Of a stretch of 64,000 nucleotides of DNA, positions 38,431-48,200 are shown piece after piece. A program made the translations under genes and the position numbers. The notes under the pieces are model-generated. The model searched no databases, had not been told where the DNA came from, and was given only the letters and a program-made list of their open reading frames with translations. The DNA comes from Squalus acanthias (taxonomy: Eukaryota). Every line of letters begins with the position of its first letter. Within the stretch, counting starts at the first letter, position 1. The stretch lies in assembly GCA_030390025.1 (NCBI GenBank), contig CM059432.1:122514001-122578000 (forward strand). Reading direction: 5' to 3'.

Positions 38431-39106
38431 TTGTTTACAACCAATAAGGTACTTTTGAAGTGTAGTCACTGTTGTAATGTAGGGAAAATTGTGCCTAGAA
38501 TGCGCTGCATATTCTCTGGCAGTCTTAGTGTGCAAGGTTGGGCTGATGTTTCCTTGTATTCCAGGAAGGCTTGGCAAAGTAGAAACTGGAAAAGAGTCAA
38601 CTCTATCATCCCCTACTTAACATCCTACTGCTAGAATCATAACCTCATGCAATTGAAACAAAGAGACTGGAAATACATGGAGACAATATCAGATGACACA
38701 GCTGAGAGAAATATTTACTCGGAAGACCAATCAAGGTGTTCCACAACCAATCATTTTAACTCAGTTGTACAACAGACAGCCCTTATTTGCAATAAACGGA
38801 TCATCTACAAATCATTATTTTCATCATCTTATCAAGATGGTGGGTTCTGCAGTGTGAGAACAACTTGGATCGTACCCCAAGAGGCATAAGGAAACTGCGG
38901 GATTGGACGAGACTGAATAGGATCGTGACAAGGGAATGAATGCCCGGGAGAGTTGAATAAATGTCATGTTTTGCCGCTTTATTAAAAGAATCAACTGATT
39001 TTTTGTGCTGTAATTTTAATGTCATGAAAAAATATTATCTTATCCACCCCACTTCCGACTTTAAGGGGCAGGAGCTGAAAACAAAGTTAGAAGGCAAACA
39101 CACATT

Positions 39107-39743
39107 GGGGTTAATTTGAACCCCCGAAGAAGACAAGTTTTGAAAAAAATTTCGAGCAGCACCCCAAACTACCCACTCCTGGTTTTAATGGAGGCGGGAC
39201 GGGGGGGCAGGCGACCAACCTGCGCTCAGGAGGCGGGTCAGTCGGTGAAAATTTTTAAGGAGGCCTCCATTTTTACAAGCTTTTTAGTTTTAACCCATTT
39301 CGGCCAGGTTTCCCAGGCCTTGGAAAACCCGGCAAGTAAATGGAGGTGAGAAGGGTAAGTGCATTTACAGCACTGCTTGTGGGCCAGGAGCAGCAGTGTT
39401 TCCTCCAGGCCCAACAAGCTTACCTACTTCCAGCTCCACGATTTCCCCCCACCTCCATGATCGGCGACTCCTCCACGATCTCCCCCCACCTCCACACTCT
39501 GCTGCCCCGAGCATGATCTACCCCCTCCCGACCGCGATCGCTCCCTCCCTACCTGCTCTCTGCTCCTGTCAAGCAGGCTGGCTGTCAGGTGGGAAATCTA
39601 TGTGAAAGACGTCCTGCAGTTAATATCTGCAGGACATCGGGAAACCTATACTTTCGGGTTTCCCGTCCAAAACGCCTCCTACACCACACCACCCCCCACC
39701 CCACCCCACCCCCCCCGGCTCCCTCCCTGTAAATATCGGGGCC
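39107..39743. mobile_element. Harbinger-type MITE
   Basis: Ends GGGGTTAATTT / AAATATCGGGGCC, interior related to 61193-61920. Confidence 0.55.
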
Positions 39744-40480
39744 ATTGTTTCTGTGCCTCAATTCCTCTGGTCTATGTTAGTGTTTATACTCTACACAAGT
39801 CTCCTCCCACTCTAATTTCCTTTTCCCATTCCGCCCCCATATCCCTCTATTCCCTTCTTCCTCATATACACATCAAACCTCCTCTTCAATGCATAAAAAC
39901 TGTCTGCTTCAACCATTCCATGTGGCAGCAGATTCCACATTCTCAGCACTCTGTGTGTAAAGAAATTCCCTTAATTCCTGCACAGAAAAAACTAAATTAA
40001 ACACAGATTTTAATTTCAGACAGAAGTAGGTGGATCTTATTTAATAGCTGCATTAAATGGAACTTTGAGACTCAAAGGCAGAAAGAAAAACAGTAATGGG
40101 TGGATTGTGGGGTTGATGGCGGGTTCAATCTCTTCAGCATAAATGGAATGTTTTGTTTATTTTGGACATGTTCCTTAATAGTCTGATTCATTTCCTTGTC
40201 TCTCTCTTTGGATCCTTCTTCAACTTAGGTTTCTGCCACAGTGCAAACATTCATCCTAGGAGAATGTGGAAACATGATTTAGAAAAATTTGTTCTGTGTG
40301 ACCCTCCGATTCCCCAATGTGATTAAGCTCCCTGATAGCCAGAGGCAAGTGATAGATGGTGCACACTTAAAAGGATAAGGACAAAGAGGGAAAAGGACTG
40401 AAGGAATGGGTTAAAGTTAGAATGAGATTTTAAGTGGAAGTCATGGAGGGTTTCTCCCCACCCATAGTGACACCAGGGTC

Positions 40481-42175
40481 TGTAAGGGTTTCTCTGAACC
40501 TATGAGATTCGTGTGGCTCTGTGCAGCCTGGATGCTAGTGCGGGTTTAGGCCTTGTTGCCTGTTCTGGTCTCCAGCCAGTCTGGGAGCACTAGACACCTG
40601 TGAGTGGTTCGACCCACTCGCCCTTACGGTTCTGACACTGGACTTAGATGCGAGAGCAGTAATGGAGAGAAAACTCAGGTAGACCCGGTTGAATGGTACG
40701 AAATGGAAAATCTTTATTGCATATTATTCAAGATTACGAAATACATGTCATAAGCACAGATTAATGACAGTACAATCTTACACGCAGTTATGTAACTCAT
40801 TTCAGGGAAACGAGGAACGAACGACACATCGTAAATGGGGGCACACATTATAATTATCCTTAAAACTTAAACCCTCCCCTATCAATACCTGCTCTAAGCT
40901 AGATTTGTAGGATCGAGACTCATGCTCACCACTCGTGATAACTCGGAGAATTCCGAAAACTCTGATCGGATGTTTTTCACCGCAGCACCTGATCACCCAC
41001 GTGTTGATCAGGGGTCTCTGTACCCCACTTGTTTACTCGTTTCTGCTCCGGCTAGCAGGCTGGACCGTCTGCTGTCATGAAGATCTGTGTTGTCCTCGGA
41101 GTTCCGACTCTACTCAAAGAAGAGTCTTCCTGTGCCCTCGCACTGATGCGATAAAATTCGAAGAATAGTCTTCCTGCCAGTTGGGTAGCAGTTACCGATT
41201 TATCGAGCGCGGTCGGGGCTTACTGACCGTGACGAGATGTATTGTCGTCTTCTCTTCTCATCTCATCTCATCTCATCTCATCTCGTCTCATCTCATCTCA
41301 GCTCGGGCCTTCGGTTCCAACACCGTTTACCGACTTCTCGGGATGGTGCGCCCGTTTCAAGGCTTCACAGCCCAGTTCCACACAGATCTTCGCGGCACGC
41401 CACGAGGCCGATCCGGGCGGATCATAAAGTTCAACAGTCTTTTAAAAGAGACACGAGGCAAGCAGGAACAAGACGGCGAGTCAAGAGCAGCCACGAGGAT
41501 AAACGGCAGCAGGATAAGAGTCAACCGAATAAGAGGATAAGAGAAAGATGGACGGCCGGAGCCTGCAGTTATAGTGCAAAACTCTTCCTTTTCCCGCCCA
41601 ACCTTAATGTCTTTTCTTTTGTTAGGGTTTGGCGCTCAAATTTCTTGTATAGGGTGATCTCTGTTTTTAATGGGTTTCGGGGATACTCGTAACTGTCTGA
41701 GTACCTGTTAATACTTTTCCCATTGTTTAAACGGTCGGTGTTCTCCCTGGAGGGGTTTTGGGGCTTCCAAATGTTCTCTGTAACTACCCGCTAACGGCTC
41801 TCTCATCGTAGAGTCGTGGGGATTTTGCATATTAATGTCTTTGAATGGGTTCTTGATCGCTTGGTACAATAGCCCTTATTTGCACCTGGGAGACCGATTT
41901 CAGTATTTATGTGTATACTGCAAACCCATGATGTCTTGTGTATTATCTCAAATGTGCTTAGTCTTGATCGATCTTGCACAAATGTTTATTGGAACGCCAT
42001 CTTGTCTGCTTGTCGAAAAGTCTAGAATGTTCTGCCACGAGGCGTGGCGGCCATTTTACAGGCTGCTTGTGTCCACTTTGAAAACCTGACAGCATTCTGC
42101 TGAAATAAAACTGTTTGAACGAAACTATGTGTTTTCTCCTTATTTATAAAATCGCGATATATTGCGAATTCTACA
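40481..42175 (-). repeat. 3' LTR, 1695 bp
   Basis: Direct repeat of 51611-52967 plus 54644-54974. Termini TGTA...TACA. Internal (TCTCA)n tract near 41255-41300. Confidence 0.97.
40713..40718 (-). promoter_or_regulatory. Candidate poly(A) signal AATAAA in the 3' LTR
   Basis: TTTATT on + about 230 nt from the LTR 3' end. The same motif is at 51843-51848 in the 5' LTR. Confidence 0.6.
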
Positions 42176-42188
42176 GTCCCTCCTGTTG
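42176..42188 (-). promoter_or_regulatory. Polypurine tract
   Basis: Minus strand CAACAGGAGGGAC immediately precedes the TGTAG start of the 3' LTR. Confidence 0.75.
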
Positions 42189-42623
42189 ATGCGATTAACT
42201 CCGCTTATCGTATCAAAAATATTGTGGTGAGCAATATTATCTCGATTTCTCCAGATCCAGAAATTAATCCCCATAACTTAAACTATCTAGGGTCTTTGCG
42301 TCGTCCTTATTTCCCAAGGAAATTACATTCTTATAACACCGCAGGCATTATTTGCCTTTAAACTTACACCACTTGTTTTCCTTCCAGGCGTAACCAGGCC
42401 GATGCCTCTCGTATCACCTGTATATTCACATTTTTTATTTAGGGAAAGGAAAAACAAAACAAAACCAAACAATCATATTCAACAACAACACCATCACCAA
42501 AATAATCACAACCAACTCTTAAACATGTCGAGTTCCAAACGTATTTACAGTTTCTGAAAAATCACGATCGATTACAACACTTCCGAGGCGCACGTGGCAA
42601 GCGGGAGTGACGCCATTTTCCGA

Positions 42624-44975
42624 TTACACGGTGCTTTCGTCGTGCACGCGCACGTAACGTTCTCGCCACTCTCCCGTGTTTTCGTGCTTGGTGAGGCGTT
42701 TGCCTCTCTTACAATGTACGACCAATAAGTATACCACAATAAACACTTGGCATACAACTAAAATGTGGGAGGCTATTCTAATCCAGGACGGCACTTCAAT
42801 GTTGGTGAACAGATTCCACCACGGTGGAATTACTATGTCCAGAATGTCTGTCCCTATTTCGACAGTTTTCTGCTCTAGTGTGTAAAAATGTTTTTGTGAC
42901 ACCGTGACGGCTTTTAAAAGCTTGGTGAGGTGTTCAGGGAGAGGGGGAATGAGGTATCCGAAATGCGCGACGAATCGCTGCAGGTCGGTGAAGTTCTCTT
43001 TTACGGTGAGATGAACCGTGGATGGTTCAGGGATTGGGACGATTCGCTGTTGTGCTACTTGAACTTCCGCCCTGGGTTTAAAACAGAAACTGCTGTCACT
43101 CACCGGACACCGGCTACGGTTTCCATGCTGGTAGTGTTGCGCTGCAGTGGTAACACAATATGTTCCACCCCCGATGTATGCTACCTGCGGAGGCACATGA
43201 TCTTGTGCCATTGCCTCCATGGTGCAATTCATGGACTTGGCGCCAGCCGTTCTGAACCCGCACTGTGGTGTTGAAAAGGCATTCAAGTGCTGGGGACACA
43301 GTATTATGTGTGCTCCCCGGCCACGACAACCAGAGAGATCTGTACCTGTCATCGTTTGCTCCCAGCGGATGACGTAGGGTGGAACCGCTGCATAGCGAAT
43401 GTGGGCTCCCCCCTGAATGACACCAATGTTCTCTACCCGATACACCGGGGCGGGCTTTGATGTGTCGCCCAAAACCGGCATATGTAGTACTATACCCATA
43501 ATGGTATGGTTTGATCGTCCGCAGTCCACGGGGACTGGGTATGCTTCTGAAGCTAGCCTGAGCTGGCACGGGCTTAATGCGTTCTGAAAAGGGTGGAGCG
43601 CCCGCAGGTGTTTGTTACTTATCCAGGACGGGACCAAACCTTGTTTTAAATCCTCCAAATTACTGCGGCCCTCGCCCAGTAACCACGCCCCGTAAAGCAC
43701 GCACACCTCATTCTGCGCAGCTTGATCGGATGCATTCCGATCTTCCCTAATCAGGGCATTTACCGTTCTCGCGTGTTTCTCTAGTTCAGCTATTATTTCT
43801 TTTAAATGGAGAGTCATGGCTTGGTCCTCGTGTAAACCCGACCCAACCACCTTATTTTCATCTGTGAGAATGTCTTTTAATTGCGTTTTTAAGCCATTAA
43901 TCTGGGTCTGCAGCTCCACGCTGTCTAGAGCGTTGACCACAGATGTACCTGTGTTGAAAGCAGTGAACGTGTCGTTCACAACACCCCTTCTTTGCCTCCC
44001 CACCTGATCAAAGACTTCATGTGGTGCGGTGTACAAACTTGTTTTATCAATTTCCGCGAAATCGAATTCATAAAATTGCCTGAACATCTTGGTCAACAGG
44101 ACCTGATATAACTGTTCCGTCTTTTTGGGGCACCACTCTGGTAACCGCACCTCGGTGAGATTTAAAATCACCGAGGCCACCGCGTAATGTACCCCCTGAA
44201 ATAGTATCTGGTCTGTGGGGACCAGTACCAAACCATTCCCGGGTCCCTTACTGGTTTTAGGGCACCCTTCTTCCTTAGCTAGAACCACCGGAATCGTGGG
44301 CGGGGCTTTGCGTGGGCGCGTAATGAGTTCAGTGGCATTTACTGGGATCGGGGAGAATGGGGCCCCGTACCCCCTGGTACTCGCATCCCACCTCATCCCC
44401 TGTCCGTTATCCTGCCATTGATTAATGAAAAATATGGAGATGCCTTTGGGGCAAACGTACTTTGACCCCCACATACATACATAAATTCCCTCATCCGGTT
44501 CCCACCATTTGTCCCAACAGACTCTCACTTGTCCGTTTGTCCCCGTAATTGTCCGATGGGTATTATTACCCAGTCGTTCCCACTCAACCGAAGAGATCCT
44601 CATGTTTTTGCTCAGCTTTCGCAGCCACCACCATCGGCTCAATGGGACATTCCCACTACAAGTCAAACAAATCTGTTTGCCGACGGTGACGCTGATCCTG
44701 GGTGCGATGATCCTTACTTTGGGGCACAGTAAAGAAGTCTCTTGGTAGGCAAACCCCGATGTGCTGGAATACTCCGTTGAGTTCGTTCCCAGCCATCCTG
44801 GCCACCTTCCCTTGTGGAAATAGGTGGTGGTCTCCTCAGCCTCCCGTCTTCCGGTCCCATCCACCGCGATGGGGGCCGTGTCCCCGGAGCATCCAAACAC
44901 CACGACATCCTTGGTGCGGCCTCGATAGGCCAATCCACATCCGATTGCCGCGAGCAATACTAGGATTTGTTCCAT
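42624..44975 (-). CDS. env: Envelope/fusion glycoprotein (~783 aa from the ATG at 44975)
   Basis: Signal peptide MEQILVLLAAIGCGLA, Ig-like C..W..DEGIYVC motif, furin site RQRR (43986-43997), heptad region, Cys-rich DLSGC...LC block, TM helix ILVVCQVFIVVYLLVV, N-glycosylation sequons, no stops. Confidence 0.9.
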   Translation of the reverse strand: MEQILVLLAAIGCGLAYRGRTKDVVVFGCSGDTAPIAVDGTGRREAEETTTYFHKGRWPGWLGTNSTEYSSTSGFAYQETSLLCPKVRIIAPRISVTVGKQICLTCSGNVPLSRWWWLRKLSKNMRISSVEWERLGNNTHRTITGTNGQVRVCWDKWWEPDEGIYVCMWGSKYVCPKGISIFFINQWQDNGQGMRWDASTRGYGAPFSPIPVNATELITRPRKAPPTIPVVLAKEEGCPKTSKGPGNGLVLVPTDQILFQGVHYAVASVILNLTEVRLPEWCPKKTEQLYQVLLTKMFRQFYEFDFAEIDKTSLYTAPHEVFDQVGRQRRGVVNDTFTAFNTGTSVVNALDSVELQTQINGLKTQLKDILTDENKVVGSGLHEDQAMTLHLKEIIAELEKHARTVNALIREDRNASDQAAQNEVCVLYGAWLLGEGRSNLEDLKQGLVPSWISNKHLRALHPFQNALSPCQLRLASEAYPVPVDCGRSNHTIMGIVLHMPVLGDTSKPAPVYRVENIGVIQGGAHIRYAAVPPYVIRWEQTMTGTDLSGCRGRGAHIILCPQHLNAFSTPQCGFRTAGAKSMNCTMEAMAQDHVPPQVAYIGGGTYCVTTAAQHYQHGNRSRCPVSDSSFCFKPRAEVQVAQQRIVPIPEPSTVHLTVKENFTDLQRFVAHFGYLIPPLPEHLTKLLKAVTVSQKHFYTLEQKTVEIGTDILDIVIPPWWNLFTNIEVPSWIRIASHILVVCQVFIVVYLLVVHCKRGKRLTKHENTGEWRERYVRVHDESTV

Positions 44976-45251
44976 CCTTCCTTGGTTCCTGTGATCAGAT
45001 AGAATGAGGTAGCCAGACTCGCAAGAGTCTCTGGCTTTTGTGAAGGGTGAGCGGGTCCCCTGACCTCGCCTCACGTAAACTTCAATGTTCACTGGATAAA
45101 CTTTAACTAAACCTATCTCTAAAAACTCCCATCATTTTACTTCCTTAAACAAAATTAAACTATCGACTTAAACCGATTTAAAACTATAAACTTATAACCT
45201 TATCTAAAACTATAAACTTATTCTTAACCTTAAACTTATAAACTTAGAAAC

Positions 45252-48200
45252 TTATCCTAAACTTATTACTGTACAGCGCCGCCCGTTCCCAGGGCGGCCC
45301 CCTTTAAATTCTGAAAAGGCTGCCGCGAGCTCTTCCCGACTTTGGGAGGGCATTGATCCCTCCCTTTGATCTGCCGCAGCGCAGCCTGTTGCTGCTGCGC
45401 TGGGACTGGGCTCTCCCTGGGCTGCCGTAACCTTGAGCCTACGCCTTGGGACAGTCTGGGGACTTGACCATACCTTCCTGGGCTGGGGTATCCGACCTGA
45501 CCTACGGAGAGTTACCGGGGGCAGGAATCCCAGGACCGACGGACCGGGTTCCGAGACTTCCACCGTGGCGACCTGTGGTCCGGTCACAGTCGCTGGCTCC
45601 GCCTCCCCTGACTCCGCCTCCCTGACCTCGGGACTTGCAGCTTGTGGCACCGCCCTGCTCGGCCCAGCAGGCGGCCCTTCACTCGCAGTCCCTACCTCCC
45701 CCGAGGGCAGGACGTTCAAGGCGGGCGGCTCGGGCTCTGAGGCTTCCACCGTCACGCCCTGTGGTCCCACAGCGGCTGGCTCCGCCTCCCCTGGCTCCTC
45801 CCCCCTGTGTTCGGGGCCTGCAGCCTCGGTGTCCACCCTGTGTGGATCTCTATCTGCAGCCCCTGTCCCTCCTATACCTGAATCGGGGGCGACCCTTTCG
45901 TCCTCCGATTCCCACTCTCCACTACCTTCACTATCCTCATCTTCGTTGAGTTCCTGGAACTCTCCCTCATCTGACTCCCAACCCCACAAAAATGTTTCAC
46001 AATTTTCCAGGATGTCTCCTTCCCTGATGCAAGCTGCTTTGCCTGCCTGTGTGCCCTGTGGTCCTACCTGGGGCTGCGAGTCCCCACTCGCAGGGTTTGC
46101 CCCTGTGGTTTTCCCTTGTGCACCTGGCTTGTACAGTTTGCACTGGTTTACGTGGAACCACTTAGTGCGCCGAGGTACTTTTACGGCGTATACCATGGGA
46201 CTCGCCTTATCTATAATGTTGTAGGGTCCCATATACAGTGGTTCCAGACTCCCTACTCTGGCATAGTTTCTGACCATGACCTGGTCTCCTACTTCCCACT
46301 CCAACGTTTTGCGGGGTTCCAGTAACAGGCGATTGCTCTGATGCTGCCTTCCCATGTTCCCAGCCGCCTGCTCATAAACCTGCTTCAGGCGCTCCAAGAG
46401 GGTCTGGGCGAACTTGTCCCTGCTTATCTCTTGGAGCTGACTCCTCAGTGAGCACCGGCGCTAGCACATGGGTGGGGGTTCGCATGATCCTCCCAGTCAT
46501 CACCTCGTGCGGGGAATACCCCGTACTTTTCGACTGACTGGCCCGGACCCCCATGAGAACTAAAGGCAGAACTTCCGCCCATTTTTGGGGCGAGTTCCTA
46601 GTCTCTTTCCTCAATTTTTCCTTCAGGGTCCGGTTCATGCGTTCAACAATCCCGGATGACTGGGGATTGTGCGCTACGTGCCATTTCCCTTCAATGCCCA
46701 AAAGCATGAGGGTGTTCTGCATCACCTGGCCGGTGAAATGACTCCCTTGGTCTGACTCCACAAAACGGGGGAGTCCCCACCGCGAGAACACTTCCCGGAC
46801 CAAGATTTTTGCAGTACCCAGTGCCGTAGCTGTTCGACAGGGGAAGGCTTCCACCCATTTGGAAAACACATCCACCAAGACGAGGCAGTATTTATAGCCT
46901 CCCTGGGTGGTGGGCAGGGGCCCTATATAGTCGATCTGTATCGACTGCCATGGTCCCTCTACCCTCCTGACGTGCCCCATGGGCACTTTCCTTTTCTGGG
47001 GGTCTGGGTTGTTTGCAGCGCACACGAGACAGCTTGCACAGAACTCGCGGACCTGTTCCCTGAGCCCCGGCCACCATCCCGCTTGCTCTACCCGTTGCCA
47101 GGTAACCTCGGGCCCGGGGTGCCCTGCCCCTGGTCCCTCGTGAGCCAACTGGAGGAATTCCCTCCTGTGCTGCTGCGGCACAACCCACTGCTCATAGCGG
47201 AACAGCATGCCTTCCTTAACTGAGAGGGTTGCCGTACTGTACGGACTCTCTACCTGCTTCCCCTCAGCAAGGGTCTTGAGGACTGCTTTTAGGGCGGGAT
47301 CCTGGTTCTGGACGGTCTTAAGGTCTAGGGGCAATGCTACCCTGGTGTTCCCGGGATTCCCGTCCCTGCCTTGGATCGCTGCCATGGGTCTGGGCCCATA
47401 GGGGTCCCAGAAAATGCCGTTGCGGGCACCTTCCCTGGCTAGCGCATCCGCCTGCTGGTTGCCCTCCCCGCGGGGCTCTGTGGAGGAGTGAGCTTTCACC
47501 TTATGGATGAAAACCTCTCCTTCCTCCCCTACTGCTGCTAGGATCTTTTCCAGCAAGGGCTTCACCGTTAAAGGTCGCCCGTCCGCGGAGGTGTATCCAC
47601 GGCGGGACCAAATGGCCAGGTATTCCGTACACGAATTGCATGTGAACATACTGTCCGAGCAAATCGTGTATGGGGTTGGGAAAATGTCTGGGTGGGTAAC
47701 GACGTACACCACTGCAGACAGCTCAGCCTGCTGCGCGCTCATGGTGCTAGGGAGCTTGATCGCCAGGGCAAGGTTTGCCGCAGGGTCATAAACTCCACAC
47801 CCTGTGAGTCGTTCGCCAGCAGATACTGTGCTGGAACCATCAACATAAATCTCGCGCCCAGTGGGATGTATCCCGGCCCGCAAACCTATGTTGACTTCCC
47901 ACACCCCTTCCACCGAACACCGGTGGGCTGTACCGGGGTATACCAAATTGGCCGCAAGCCTGGGCTCGCAAAGACCTTTAACTCTAAGGTCCATCTGGGA
48001 AAGAAGAAGGGTCCAACGCGCAATACGCGCGCTGCTTACGGTCCCATCTTTAATCCTCCCATCTAGAAGCATCTTAGTTGGTGTGTGATGGGTGAGGAGA
48101 GTGATGGGAGAGAGCCCTGTGAAGATCGCTGATCTTTTCACAGCCCAATGCGTGGCTAAAAGGTGCCTTTCGCAATTGGAGAAACTTCTCTCCACATCCG

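Noticed and set aside
40802..41692. Small ORFs inside the LTRs (also 51932-52827)
   Set aside because: They are mostly antisense, run through the (TCTCA)n microsatellite, and change frame between the two LTR copies.
42598..42622. Second PBS-like or YY1-like GAAAATGGCGTCAC after env, plus GCCATTTT motifs in U3
   Set aside because: The match is short, not adjacent to an LTR end, and plausible by chance.
44976..45092. N-terminal 39 aa of the listed 822-aa env ORF
   Set aside because: The listed start is GTG. The ATG at 44975 follows a splice acceptor and begins a signal peptide.
45433..46224. 263-aa plus-strand ORF antisense to the pol tail
   Set aside because: Non-ATG start and a mirror of GC-rich low-complexity codons. 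There is no independent evidence for an antisense gene.
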